Both the position numbers and the translations under genes were made by a program. A stretch of 64,000 bases of DNA, taken from Promethearchaeota archaeon (GTDB lineage: Archaea; Asgardarchaeota; Lokiarchaeia; Sigyniarchaeales; SOKP01). The DNA is taken from contig JAHPZA010000006.1 in assembly GCA_019058445.1 (NCBI GenBank), forward strand, positions 576,001 through 640,000. Direction: 5' to 3'. A model generated the notes under the pieces. The model had not been told where the DNA came from and searched no databases. It saw only the letters and a program-made list of their open reading frames with translations. Of this stretch, positions 10,331 to 21,075 are shown in pieces. Every line of letters begins with the position of its first letter. Position 1 is the first letter of the stretch.

Positions 10331-11290
10331 CTACTCTAAAGGTAAATAATAGTCTATATCGTCTTTCATTGCCAGAATTTTAGAAATAATCTGGGATAGA
10401 TCATCGGCAGAAAGTTCATCCTTATCAATCAATGCTTTAGCAAGAGCTTGATAGTGTTTATATGTATCTTTATCTGCCAAATTCTTAAGTTTAGTACTAA
10501 AGGAATATAAATTTAAATATGTATCTTTGTAATCTCCGGCTTTGAGTGATTTTGTCCCTAAATTATCAAGAGTGTAACTTAATGCTTTTTTTGCATTTTC
10601 TAAGTAATATTGTAATTTTAATTTTCTATCATTAATTTCATCTTTAATACGTTTTGCTTGTTTTTGAAAATGAATAAAGTCATCCTCATTTCTCAAGTTT
10701 CCTGAGATTTGAATTAATTTTTCAGTTAAAACCAGTTTATCTTTAAAATTTTCGGTTTCCATTAATTTTTTCTGTAAAATTTTTTTCTCATCAGTTAGAG
10801 ACTGTTTAAGCTCATCTGATAAATCTTTTCGATGAGCCCAAATTGATTTCAATACAACTTCTTGTTTTTCAATTAACGAGGTTCCCTCAACCAATTTCTT
10901 TTTTGAAAGAATCAGTTCTGTTAATGGTTTATCTAGTATTTTAAATGTTTTTACACTCTGATCCCAGTTAATAAATAACTCCTTATATTCTAAGATAATT
11001 TTAACTACCTTAGGGATTAATTTATTAATTGCTTTATTGTCCTCTTTATCAGCTATTATAACGAGATCTGCTTCTGTCTCATGGATGTATGTAATTAGAA
11101 CAAAGTAATCGCCTAATTCGATGTTTTTTAGTTCCTTAGAACCGCTCAGAACCATTTCAGAAATGAAGGATTTTAACGCAGAAAAAAACGCGCTGAACAT
11201 TTCGAGCTTGCCGTCGCTGACGTCCTGAAAATTCTTATCGTATAATAAAAGACCCGATTTGCTCTGATATAGGAATAATGAATAGATCAC
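10331..11290 (-). CDS. Longin-like N-terminal domain plus helical C-terminal domain
   Basis: MIYSLFLYQSKSGLLLY...MFSAFFSALKSFISEM is typical of Asgard longin-like domains. Confidence 0.65.
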   Translation of the reverse strand: MIYSLFLYQSKSGLLLYDKNFQDVSDGKLEMFSAFFSALKSFISEMVLSGSKELKNIELGDYFVLITYIHETEADLVIIADKEDNKAINKLIPKVVKIILEYKELFINWDQSVKTFKILDKPLTELILSKKKLVEGTSLIEKQEVVLKSIWAHRKDLSDELKQSLTDEKKILQKKLMETENFKDKLVLTEKLIQISGNLRNEDDFIHFQKQAKRIKDEINDRKLKLQYYLENAKKALSYTLDNLGTKSLKAGDYKDTYLNLYSFSTKLKNLADKDTYKHYQALAKALIDKDELSADDLSQIISKILAMKDDIDYYLPLE

Positions 11291-11537
11291 TTAAGGTCAC
11301 ATTAATAGTTTAATCAATTTTTTATGAAAAGTAATATTTCAGATTAAATAAAATGAAATCTAGTTAAATTATAAAATGAAATTTAATTTAAAATTAAAAT
11401 ATAACTACTCTATTTTAAATTTAAGTCCATTTTTTTTAAGCTTTACTTTATTTACCCGCTAACATTAATATAGTTTCCTTTTCAATATTTTATCGTGAAA
11501 TATTTAAAACAGTTAAAGAATTCATGTTATATGTTAG

Positions 11538-13472
11538 GTGATTAGTTCTTTAGGTGATGTAATGTCAACAGACCATAATGAAGATATTGATAGACTTATT
11601 GAAAAATATGGTAATAAGCAAGTTTCTTTAAACAAAGCGATCAAACAATTTATAAAGCCAGGGAATAGAATTTTTATAGACTCGGGGTGTGCTGAACCGA
11701 TCGATCTTACTCAAAAATTAATAGAATTGGGTCCACAACTTCCTGATGTCGAAATACTGCACTTTTTAAGCTTAAGCGACTTAGATTATTACGAGACGGC
11801 AGGTGGCATTGAAGATCTCTTTAGACACAATGCATTTTTCATTGGGAAATCAATGCGTAAATTCATTGAAATAGGACAAGCAGATTACACACCAATGTTA
11901 CTTTCTGAAATTCCACGAATTTTTAAGAGTGGTCAAATGCATTTAGACACTGCGCTCATTCAAGTCAGTCCTCCTGATAGATATGGATTTTGTAGTTTTG
12001 GCATCAATGTAGATATTGCTAAATCAATAGCAGAAGCGGCAGATAAAGTTGTTGCTGAGATTAATCCTAACATGCCACGTACCTTAGGAGATGCATTCAT
12101 ACATATGGATGATATCGATGCATTTATAATTACTAACCATGATATTATTGAATTTTCCTATGGCGAACCTGATGAGGTCTCTAAAAAAATAGCGAAATTT
12201 GTTGCTAGTTTAATTGAAGATGAATCTACAATTCAGATGGGTATTGGTGAAATACCAAATGCTGTCACAGCCGAGTTAATCGATAAAAAAGATTTAGGAG
12301 TGCATAGTGAGGTATTTTCAGATGGTATAGTAAATCTTGTAGAAGAGGGAGTAATAACTTGTAAAAAAAAAACAATTCATAAAGATAAAATCATATGTTC
12401 ATTCGTAATGGGTTCTCGAAGGCTTTATGACTTTGTATGCGATAATCCAATGGTAGAATTTCATCCATGCGAGTATTGTAATGATCCCTATATTATAAGC
12501 CAAAACCATAAGCAGATTGCGATAAATGCGGCTCTTACTGTGGATTTGACAGGACAAGTTAACTCAGATTCAATAGGTTATCAATTTTATAGCGGTATTG
12601 GAGGACAAGTAGATTTTATTCGAGGCGCTGGACGTGCAAATGATGGTAAACCTATAATGGTAATTCCTAGTACTGCTAAACTTAAAGATGGTACGATAGT
12701 TTCTCGTATAGTACCTCATCTTCAAACTGGCTCAGGGGTCGTAGTGACTCGCGGGGATGTGCATTATGTTGTCTCTGAATGGGGGATTGCTTATCTCTAT
12801 GGCAAAAGCGTAAGAGAAAGAGTTCTTGAAATGATTAATATTGCCCATCCGGATTTTAGGGAAAAATTATTAGAACACGCAAAGAAATGGAATTATGTGT
12901 ATTCAGACCAGAAACTGCCAGTATCTATTGACGGAAGAATAAGCATTTATCCTCAAAAATACGAGACTTCCCTTGAATTAAAAAATAGAAAGACTATAAT
13001 AGTTAGGCCTGTTAAGTCTACAGATGAGAGAATGTTTCAGGAGCTCCACTATTCTTTAGATGATCAAGATCGGTATTATAGGTTTTTTACACCTATTCAT
13101 GATTTTCGCCATAGATTAGTCCAACCTATGATAAATGTTGATTATGCAACAGATATGATCTTAGTTGGAGAATATTCTGAAGATAATGAGAAAAAAATTA
13201 TTGCAATTGGAGGAATCTTCAAGTCAGAGAACCCTTCAATTGCTGAATTGGCATTTGTCACTCATAAAAAATGGCGTGGTCTTGGAATTACTAAGTTTTT
13301 ATTGAATTATTTAGTACAAATTGCCCGCGAATTAAAATACAAATCATTATCTGGTTCAATTCTTCTTGAAAACAGGCCAATGCTCCATATTATTGATAAT
13401 GCTGGGTATAAAATCACATTTAGACATATGGAAGGAGGAGTTTTGGATTTTATTATGGATATTTCAAAATAA
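11538..13472 (+). CDS. Acetyl-CoA hydrolase/transferase fused to a C-terminal GNAT domain (likely start ATG 11562)
   Basis: QMGIG, HSE, SGIGGQVDF, VSEWG; GNAT WRGLGI and N..ML motifs. Confidence 0.9.
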   Translation: MISSLGDVMSTDHNEDIDRLIEKYGNKQVSLNKAIKQFIKPGNRIFIDSGCAEPIDLTQKLIELGPQLPDVEILHFLSLSDLDYYETAGGIEDLFRHNAFFIGKSMRKFIEIGQADYTPMLLSEIPRIFKSGQMHLDTALIQVSPPDRYGFCSFGINVDIAKSIAEAADKVVAEINPNMPRTLGDAFIHMDDIDAFIITNHDIIEFSYGEPDEVSKKIAKFVASLIEDESTIQMGIGEIPNAVTAELIDKKDLGVHSEVFSDGIVNLVEEGVITCKKKTIHKDKIICSFVMGSRRLYDFVCDNPMVEFHPCEYCNDPYIISQNHKQIAINAALTVDLTGQVNSDSIGYQFYSGIGGQVDFIRGAGRANDGKPIMVIPSTAKLKDGTIVSRIVPHLQTGSGVVVTRGDVHYVVSEWGIAYLYGKSVRERVLEMINIAHPDFREKLLEHAKKWNYVYSDQKLPVSIDGRISIYPQKYETSLELKNRKTIIVRPVKSTDERMFQELHYSLDDQDRYYRFFTPIHDFRHRLVQPMINVDYATDMILVGEYSEDNEKKIIAIGGIFKSENPSIAELAFVTHKKWRGLGITKFLLNYLVQIARELKYKSLSGSILLENRPMLHIIDNAGYKITFRHMEGGVLDFIMDISK

Positions 13473-13539
13473 GAGTATTTAGGAGAAATATATTTAGTTT
13501 ACGAAATAGCAATCTTGATAATAGACTAGGTGCATTGAA

Positions 13540-14394
13540 ATACTTATTTCAGAGTTTCATAAACTATATCGCAAAAATGGTTTAGATGAGAAGACTATCC
13601 AAGAGTTTCGAAAAATTATATATTCATATTATAAACAGTACGGGAGGACATTTCCATTTCGGGATGATACAACTCCGTATAATGTTTTAATTTCTGAAAT
13701 AATGCTTCAGCAGACTCAAACAAGTAGAGTTTCTGAGAAGTTTCTTAACTTTGTAAAAAAATTTCCTCATTTTGAAGCTCTTTCAAAAGCTTCACTAGAG
13801 GATGTGTTAAAAGCTTGGCAAGGATTGGGATATAATAGAAGAGCAATAGCTTTAAAAAAAATTGCAGAGATTATAATCAATGAATTTGAGGGAAACCTTC
13901 CAGATTCAATTGGTATTTTAAAAACATTTCCTCAAATAGGACATAACACAGCTTCATCGATTGTAGCTTTTGCCTTTAATAAGCCTTCCATCTTTATAGA
14001 GACTAATATACGGAGAGTTTTCATTTACTTTTTCTTTTCAAAGAAAGAAGTAATCGATGATAAAGAGATTCTTCCACTAGTAGAAAAATCTCTCGATACT
14101 TCAAATCCCCGTAAATGGTATTATGCCCTTATGGATTATGGAGTAATGTTAAAAAAAAAATTTCCAGAGCTTAATAAAAGGAGTAGGACTTATCGAAAAC
14201 AATCTCAGTTTAAGGGATCTGACAGAGAAATTAGAGGTAAGGTATTAAAATTAGTTTTAAATCATAAAACGCTACTAATATCAGAGCTAATTGAAAAATT
14301 AAAGATATCTCGAAATAAGCTTAATAAAATTTTGATTCAATTACAAAAAGAGGGTTTCATTAAGATTAATGATGATTTGATTACGGTGGAATAA
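13540..14394 (+). CDS. mutY: A/G-specific adenine glycosylase (MutY-like HhH-GPD, no Fe-S cluster, C-terminal wHTH); true start lies upstream of ATG 13702
   Basis: YGRTFPFR..TPYNVLISEIMLQQT, WQGLGYNRRA, ETNIRRV, ALMDYG. Confidence 0.85.
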   Translation: MLISEFHKLYRKNGLDEKTIQEFRKIIYSYYKQYGRTFPFRDDTTPYNVLISEIMLQQTQTSRVSEKFLNFVKKFPHFEALSKASLEDVLKAWQGLGYNRRAIALKKIAEIIINEFEGNLPDSIGILKTFPQIGHNTASSIVAFAFNKPSIFIETNIRRVFIYFFFSKKEVIDDKEILPLVEKSLDTSNPRKWYYALMDYGVMLKKKFPELNKRSRTYRKQSQFKGSDREIRGKVLKLVLNHKTLLISELIEKLKISRNKLNKILIQLQKEGFIKINDDLITVE

Positions 14395-14406
14395 AAATTA
14401 GGAAAA

Positions 14407-15702
14407 TTAGTCTAAATTTCCTGTCTTAAAGTACTTTTCAATTTTTAGAGCCAATTTTTCTTGTTTCTTCCACTCTCCAAAAGCATATCCTTTCGAGGTT
14501 AATTCATTAATTGCCCCTTTAACTTCTTCATCTATTTTACTTACTTTTTTTTTAGCAAATGGAGTGTGGGGTAATGGAATAAAAGAATGAGTGTGGATTT
14601 TTGCCCCTCTATTTGACAAATCTTTCATCATGTTGATTGTTAATCTTATATCTTCTTCAGTTTCACCCGGCAATCCAAAAATGAAATCCACATTGGCTTT
14701 AAGTTTTTTAGATAATGTTAACTCTACTGCGTTATGAATATCTTCAACGGTATGCCCTCTGTGACAGAAATTTAGGATCTTTTGACTACCGGATTGAGCC
14801 CCAATTATAATATTATCATTTGATGCATAATTTAAGATTAAATCTAATGTAGAATCATTAACGTGTTCAGGTCTAACTTCTGAGGGAAATGATCCAAAAA
14901 AAATTCGTCCCTCTGGTTGAATGATTCGTTTAATTTTTCGCAATAGATCTTCGAGTTTAGTAAGGTTCAATGTTTTACCATCTTTAGAACCATATGAAAA
15001 TGCGTTTGGTGTTATGAATCTAATATCCGTTAGATTTTTACTTTTCATCAATTTAACGTATTTGCATATGTAGTCTATACTTCTATGTCGAGGAGTTATG
15101 CCTAATATAAAAGGTGTTTGACAAAAAGAGCAGAGGTAGGGACATCCTCTCGTTATCTCAATTGCTCCAAATTTATTATATTTAACTGGAAAAGGAGGAA
15201 ATTTATCTAAATCAATCAAGTTCCTCTTACCAGTATAATGATATTTATTATTCTTACTAATATAAGCTAGACCTTTTATATTATGATAATTCTCTTTATT
15301 TTTAATTTTTTTTAAAAATTCTATTAGAGTTTCTTCACTCTCCCCAGTAAAAACAACATTAAATCCCATTTTAAGGGTTCCTTTAGGATCTCCAGATGGA
15401 TGTGGTCCCCCTGCAATGCACAAAATTTTATTTCCAAAATTTTTTCTTATCGTTTTAATTAATCTGGAAATCTCCCAAAGTTGAGTAGTGAAGAAAGATA
15501 CTCCTAATATGATTTCGTCATATGTTTCAGTAATATAAACTAGTTCCTTTAAAAGCTCTTCTTTTGTACTTATAAAATAAACAATAATATCGTCGAGCTC
15601 TTTCTCATTGTCTAAGGCACTAATTAAGGCATTAAAACTGTATTTATTAATTTTATTATAGTATACGACAAAGGCGATTTTTTTCGGCAATTTATCCCTC
15701 AT
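14407..15702 (-). CDS. B12-binding domain radical SAM protein (TIGR04013-like)
   Basis: GGPHPS; EITRGCPYLCSFCQT CxxxCxxC; FPSEVRPE. Confidence 0.9.
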   Translation of the reverse strand: MRDKLPKKIAFVVYYNKINKYSFNALISALDNEKELDDIIVYFISTKEELLKELVYITETYDEIILGVSFFTTQLWEISRLIKTIRKNFGNKILCIAGGPHPSGDPKGTLKMGFNVVFTGESEETLIEFLKKIKNKENYHNIKGLAYISKNNKYHYTGKRNLIDLDKFPPFPVKYNKFGAIEITRGCPYLCSFCQTPFILGITPRHRSIDYICKYVKLMKSKNLTDIRFITPNAFSYGSKDGKTLNLTKLEDLLRKIKRIIQPEGRIFFGSFPSEVRPEHVNDSTLDLILNYASNDNIIIGAQSGSQKILNFCHRGHTVEDIHNAVELTLSKKLKANVDFIFGLPGETEEDIRLTINMMKDLSNRGAKIHTHSFIPLPHTPFAKKKVSKIDEEVKGAINELTSKGYAFGEWKKQEKLALKIEKYFKTGNLD

Positions 15703-15828
15703 ATATAAATTACGCTGAAAAATTTGAAAACTCTAATTTATTATGTAATCTAAATAAAATTAAATAATATAAATATTGGATTATATTAGATTTATAAAAT
15801 AAAATATGATAATTAGAATTAAAAAAAA

Positions 15829-16308
15829 TTGAGTGAGAAAAAATTGCTATTAAATAAGATAATTGCTACAACTTCCGAAGAAGTAGGCGTTTCTTGGTTT
15901 GATTTCTACTCCATTGGTCATATTTGCTTTGCTATGGGCTTATTTTTATTCTTTTCTCTGTTCTACTCTATCCCTAAAGCTCGCGGTGATACACCCATCT
16001 TTTCATTATTATTAGTATTTATTTTAACATTCATTATCTTGATTGTCTGGGAAGTCGCTGAGAACACGTTATTTTTAGTGTTAGGTTGGAAATTTGAGGA
16101 CCGATTAGATAGTCCACAAAATATTTTTACAGATATTGTTTTTGGGATTATAGGAGCGCTAGGTTCGTGGCTTTTTGCCTATGTATCCTTTGAAAAAGAA
16201 AAGAAACATTGGCCGTACTATGTTTTTGGTTTAATTGCATTTGCTTTATGGTTTGGGGTATTTATAGTCCTTCGCTACTTAACCTTAATGAATTCGCCAG
16301 TAATTTAA
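15829..16308 (+). CDS. Membrane protein with H / WE..EN / D putative metal-binding residues
   Basis: 4 TM helices; DFYSIGH, WEVAEN, DSPQNIFTD. Confidence 0.65.
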   Translation: MSEKKLLLNKIIATTSEEVGVSWFDFYSIGHICFAMGLFLFFSLFYSIPKARGDTPIFSLLLVFILTFIILIVWEVAENTLFLVLGWKFEDRLDSPQNIFTDIVFGIIGALGSWLFAYVSFEKEKKHWPYYVFGLIAFALWFGVFIVLRYLTLMNSPVI

Positions 16309-16355
16309 CTTAAAACACAATTTTTTTTATTTTTAACTTTCTTTTCTATTTTAAC

Positions 16356-17120
16356 GTGGAAAATATAACTAAATTTATAAAAACCAAGAAAGGAAACATT
16401 CCCTTAATCTTATCAGTACCTCATGGGGGTACATTAGAATGTAGTGAAATTCCTGAAAGACTAGATGGAGTTCTTGGAATTGATAAAAATACAATTGAAT
16501 TAACTCAGGACTTAATATTTCATCTAGAAGAATTATCTGAAAAATACTTTTCTGGAAAGAGGTTTCCCTCTTATGTTATATCAAAAATCCGTCGTAGTAA
16601 AATAGATTTAAATAGAATGGAAGCCGAGGCATATATCCCAAGTTCCCTTCTTGCTAAAAAATTATATCAATTTTACCATAAACAAATTAGAGAATTAGTA
16701 GATTATAATTTATATAAATATAATTTCTCCCTTTTAATCGATATTCATGGATTTGAAAAAAATAAGCGTCCCCAAGGATATAGAGATGTAGAAATTGTAT
16801 TAGGCACAAAAAATTTAGCTAGTTTATACCAAGATCCTGTCCCCATAAAAAATAGAGATAAAAACATACGTGGAGAGATTATTAAAAACTTTCTTAGTTT
16901 AGACATACCAATAGCTCCAGGACATCCAAGAAGAAAAGAGTATATACTAACTGGAGGTTATATTACACAAAAATATGGGATATCTGAAATCTCAGGCAGT
17001 CAGACAATGCAAATGGAATTTTCTGACAGAATTAGGATATATGATAAAGAACTTAAGAATAAGATATTAGTTTCACTTGCAGAAGTATTGTTAATGTATT
17101 TATCAAATAAGGTAAATTAA
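16356..17120 (+). CDS. N-formylglutamate amidohydrolase-like protein
   Basis: SVPHGG, R..IDLNR, IDIHG, GGYIT, QME. Confidence 0.75.
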   Translation: MENITKFIKTKKGNIPLILSVPHGGTLECSEIPERLDGVLGIDKNTIELTQDLIFHLEELSEKYFSGKRFPSYVISKIRRSKIDLNRMEAEAYIPSSLLAKKLYQFYHKQIRELVDYNLYKYNFSLLIDIHGFEKNKRPQGYRDVEIVLGTKNLASLYQDPVPIKNRDKNIRGEIIKNFLSLDIPIAPGHPRRKEYILTGGYITQKYGISEISGSQTMQMEFSDRIRIYDKELKNKILVSLAEVLLMYLSNKVN

Positions 17121-17272
17121 TAGAATTTATGCTAGCATTTGCTAATATATATCATACTTATAACTAAATTCATTTTTATAATAACCACTAATTACTTCTA
17201 ACTCTCAGAACTTTATAATTTATAATTCTAAATAATAATATTTTATAGTGAATTTTCATTTTATTTGATAAT

Positions 17273-17998
17273 ATGGCTGAAAAAATTGGTTTTGTTTTCG
17301 ACCTGGACGGGACATTTATAAATAGCACTGATATTGGCGACATAGTTAAAAAAGAACTCTATAAAGAATTTAATATTCAAACTAATGATAAAATTGAAAA
17401 AGAAATTGAAGATCTTACATATGAAATTATTGCTGGGGAAAATCATAAGAAACTTGGAACCAAATTGATGTGGGCTATCTTTAAAAAATTAGGATTAACT
17501 TTTTGGCAGAGAATAAAGGCACTGATAAGAGCTAATAGTATTTTTAAAGAAGAAATTCCAAAAGTGAAGTTATTTAAAGGATCCGAAGAATTAATAGATT
17601 TTTTTGATGAAAACGAAAATTATTATGATTATGCGATAATAACTACATCTTCAGATAAGGAAGTTGATGCTAGATTAAAAAAATTCCCAGAGTTTTATAA
17701 AAAGTTTGAGGGTAAAATAGTTACAAGAGATTTTGTAAAAAATTTAAAACCACATCCAGAAAGTATAACTAAAGTTTCTAATATTTTAGGTATTCCATTT
17801 AACCGTATTGTATTATGTGGTGATATGCATACCGATATCCTCTTAGGCAAAAATGTGAATGCTATTACTATTGGCGTGCTAACAGGTATATTTTCTCGTC
17901 AAAAATTACTTGAACTCGAACCTGATTTTATATTTGATTCTATTGCCGATATTCTTGATAATATCGAAAAAATAAAAGAGAAAGTAATTAATAACTAA
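17273..17998 (+). CDS. HAD-family phosphatase (Gph-like)
   Basis: FDLDGT, TTS, KPHP, GDMHTD. Confidence 0.9.
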   Translation: MAEKIGFVFDLDGTFINSTDIGDIVKKELYKEFNIQTNDKIEKEIEDLTYEIIAGENHKKLGTKLMWAIFKKLGLTFWQRIKALIRANSIFKEEIPKVKLFKGSEELIDFFDENENYYDYAIITTSSDKEVDARLKKFPEFYKKFEGKIVTRDFVKNLKPHPESITKVSNILGIPFNRIVLCGDMHTDILLGKNVNAITIGVLTGIFSRQKLLELEPDFIFDSIADILDNIEKIKEKVINN

Positions 17999-18065
17999 AA
18001 AAAAACTTTTTAATAGGGTTAATTCCCTATTTAATGCTTGAATCCATTATATCTTAAATTTCTAT

Positions 18066-18455
18066 TTAAGTTGGTCTCATAGGTGCTAAATAGTCTGTAA
18101 TATATTCTGCCAGAGATCCGTATGACATAGTCATTTGCAAATCCCCCTCGATTTTGAGATCTCCACTCATATAGGCAGAAGTCCCATCAACTTCTCCATT
18201 AAAAAATTGTCGAGCGAAATCAATATCCTCCAATATCATGGTTACATCTGGATCTTCAGCTTCTGCATCCATTACGAATGAGTACTTTCCTTCTTCAAAG
18301 GTCAAATACGCCCGGATATTACCAATTTTCCATTGTATGGTCCCCTCGAGATCTTCCAAATCTTCTCGAAATTCCTCGTCAACTTTTGCAATCTCTTCTA
18401 ACGTTTTTGCCATGATATAAAACATCATTTTTACTTGAAGTTCTTTTTTTTCCAT
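18066..18455 (-). CDS. SCP2 sterol-binding domain protein
   Basis: GEVDGTSAYMSGDLKIEGDL. Confidence 0.9.
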   Translation of the reverse strand: MEKKELQVKMMFYIMAKTLEEIAKVDEEFREDLEDLEGTIQWKIGNIRAYLTFEEGKYSFVMDAEAEDPDVTMILEDIDFARQFFNGEVDGTSAYMSGDLKIEGDLQMTMSYGSLAEYITDYLAPMRPT

Positions 18456-18456
18456 C

Positions 18457-18840
18457 TTAACCCCCTCCTAGTCCTTGAGCGTATTCTCCTACAGTTTCCA
18501 TAATGAATGTTAATTTAGCTGCCTTATCTGGATCTGATACTTTAACGATATTGACAAATTCAAGTGGATCTGTTTGTCCCGTTAGCATTTTTAACGCATC
18601 TGCAACATTCTCGATTTCAAAAGTTACTGTTGGATTATCTGCTATTCCATCAAAACCTTGGATAACCTGATCTTTTATTACGGTATATGTAGCGATATCA
18701 TCTCCTATTTTCCATTGTAATACTTCATCTAATCCGGCTAATTTACCTTTGAAATCATCATCAAATTTAGCAATTTCTCCAGCAGCATAACTTATCATAC
18801 TACTTAATACTCGAACACATACTTTTTCTTCAACCGACAC
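18457..18840 (-). CDS. Divergent SCP2-like protein, paralog of the downstream gene
   Basis: EIAKFDDDF..LQWKIG..PTVTF aligns with the neighbour's EIAKVDEEF..IQWKIG..PDVTM. Confidence 0.7.
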   Translation of the reverse strand: MSVEEKVCVRVLSSMISYAAGEIAKFDDDFKGKLAGLDEVLQWKIGDDIATYTVIKDQVIQGFDGIADNPTVTFEIENVADALKMLTGQTDPLEFVNIVKVSDPDKAAKLTFIMETVGEYAQGLGGG

Positions 18841-19021
18841 TTTAATACACGCTTTAAATTTTTAATTATGCTTAAAATTCATTTTTTAGATAAATGAGTA
18901 TTATTAATTTATAATCGTCATCTTCTATAAAAATCTTTAGGTTCTTGTCCTAGATTTTACTCACGTAAGCGATTACGACCGTGGATATTTGTTCACGGAT
19001 TAAAAGAAAAAAAAGATGGTC

Positions 19022-20215
19022 TTATTTAGATTGGAGGATTTGAAAGGGAGCAGCAGAGCATCTCCAAATCGCCAAGTCTTCGAACCCTAATACTTCGGCA
19101 TACGTTTTTTCTCCATTGCAGGTCGCTTTTAATTTTTGCCATAAAACAGCGGCAATATCTTCGATCGTTTTATCTTCGGTAATTATTTTAGAGGAATCAA
19201 CATCGATATTCGAAGCCATCCAATCGCAGGTTTGAGGATTCCCGCAGAGTTTAATAACTGGAGCAACAGGATTTCCACATGGACTCCCCCTACCTGTCGT
19301 CATACAAATTATCTGAGCTCCTGCTGCTGCTAACCCTGTCATAGATTCGACATCCAATCCAGGTTCAATCATAAGCCATAATCCTTTACTTTTGGGAGGT
19401 TCAGAATATTCTAAAGTACCTTGGATGGGAGCCTTTCCTGCTTTCGCAATAGTTCCTAAAGATTTTTCTTCAATTGTTGTGAGACCCCCCTCAATATTCC
19501 CAGGGGTTGGTTGTACACCCCTAAAATCAATTCCGTATTGGAGGATGTTTTCTAAAAAGTTATTTAAAGTATTCGTAATTTTTTCAGCTACTTTTTCATT
19601 AACAGCTCGTTTAGATAATAAGTGCTCTGTCCCGATCCACTCAGTAAATTCAGGTAGGATTGAAGTACCACCCAGCTCAACAATTTTATCGGAAACTACC
19701 CCCACTGCAGGATTAGCAGTGATTCCTGATATTGAGTCTGAACCTCCACATTCTAAGCCTAAAACTAAGTGGGAGAAATCAAATGGTTCCCTTTTTAACT
19801 CACTTGCTTGATCTGCCATTTCTTTACCAATTTTAACTCCCTTTTCAATTGCAGCAGCCGTACCTCCCTGTACATCTTGAACATTAAAAAATTCGACCGG
19901 TTTTTTCGATCTTTTAATATTTTTGGCGATAAGTTTATTGCTTAAATTTTCACAACCAAGTCCTACCACAATCACTCCATAAACATTTGGATTACTACCT
20001 AAACCTACCAATGTGCGAAGAGTATAAGTATAATCGGGTCCAAATTGTCCACAACCGAGAGGATGTGTTATAGCAACGCCATTTTCAATTTTATTTGCAA
20101 TTTGTTGAGCCACACGATTTACACATATTACTGAGGGAATAACAGCGATTTTATTTCTTATTCCAACTTTACCTTTCGGTCTCTCATAACCCATAAATTC
20201 TTCACTCATTTGCAA
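19022..20215 (-). CDS. uxaA: UxaA-family dehydratase large subunit (altronate dehydratase / sulfolactate sulfo-lyase type)
   Basis: VGIRN, HPLGC, GLGCE, LECGGSD, PTPGNIEGGLTTIEEKSLG, TTGRG. Confidence 0.88.
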   Translation of the reverse strand: MQMSEEFMGYERPKGKVGIRNKIAVIPSVICVNRVAQQIANKIENGVAITHPLGCGQFGPDYTYTLRTLVGLGSNPNVYGVIVVGLGCENLSNKLIAKNIKRSKKPVEFFNVQDVQGGTAAAIEKGVKIGKEMADQASELKREPFDFSHLVLGLECGGSDSISGITANPAVGVVSDKIVELGGTSILPEFTEWIGTEHLLSKRAVNEKVAEKITNTLNNFLENILQYGIDFRGVQPTPGNIEGGLTTIEEKSLGTIAKAGKAPIQGTLEYSEPPKSKGLWLMIEPGLDVESMTGLAAAGAQIICMTTGRGSPCGNPVAPVIKLCGNPQTCDWMASNIDVDSSKIITEDKTIEDIAAVLWQKLKATCNGEKTYAEVLGFEDLAIWRCSAAPFQILQSK

Positions 20216-20492
20216 CCCTCTCTAAATAATGACTTTTTATATTATGAGTATGAATCCAATCACCCACTTCTATCATCTCAGTGGCGATTCCTATAATTTG
20301 ACCGTATTTTTTGATTAAATCACCTTGATTTATGTTTTTTAAAGCGAATTTGTGACCCATAGGAATATCATGATTGATCTTTATATTATCTTCAGGAATT
20401 TGAATAATTTCATCTTTAGGTATATCTGCTAAACTTGTCGCACAATTATCTTCAGCATTCATTATTATATACTTGTTTTTCATTAAAATCAC
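20202..20492 (-). CDS. UxaA-family SAF-domain small subunit
   Basis: IPMGHKFAL, KYGQIIG, HTHN. Confidence 0.88.
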   Translation of the reverse strand: MILMKNKYIIMNAEDNCATSLADIPKDEIIQIPEDNIKINHDIPMGHKFALKNINQGDLIKKYGQIIGIATEMIEVGDWIHTHNIKSHYLERVANE

Positions 20493-20663
20493 TCAATTGA
20501 AATTAAATTATTAAAATATCTAAATAAAATTTAAATTTGAAAAGTTTAATAGATTGTGATTTTTACTGAATTCAGATTAGTTATTTTGAATTTTAAAATA
20601 TAAATTTTAAATTTTTTTAAATATTACCCAAGTTAATTTTAGACTTTATAATTTTACTTTATA

Positions 20664-20987
20664 ATGAACGATGAACCAATAGACATCGAAGATATTGAAG
20701 CTTTTATTGATGGATTGAAGAAATCGTTTGATTCTCTTGATCAGGTCGATTCTCATCAAGGCTTTCAAATGCAATTAGCAAAAGCGATATCTTCCTTAAG
20801 ATTAAAGAAAATTGCGAAAATTGAACCTTTACCCACAAGCATCAAACCAATTGATTTGAAGGATTATTTGTTGAAAAAATTAGAAGATTTAAAATTGATT
20901 TTAGAATCAGAAAATATCAGAAGTTCTAAAAGATTTACTCTAGTAATGGAAATTGCCAAATTAAGAGAAAAATTAAACGAATTATGA
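20664..20987 (+). CDS. Hypothetical helical protein
   Basis: 107-aa ORF. Confidence 0.65.
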   Translation: MNDEPIDIEDIEAFIDGLKKSFDSLDQVDSHQGFQMQLAKAISSLRLKKIAKIEPLPTSIKPIDLKDYLLKKLEDLKLILESENIRSSKRFTLVMEIAKLREKLNEL

Positions 20988-21075
20988 AAAAAATAGTATT
21001 GTATTCATATTATCTTTTTTTTGAATAATAAGAGAAATATCATTTATTAGAAATAATTAACTTGGTTTATTCATA

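Noticed and set aside
18960-19000. Two small hairpins (cgtaa/ttacg; ccgtg/cacgg) as an ncRNA
   Set aside because: Too short; more simply a 3' structure or terminator of the uxaA unit
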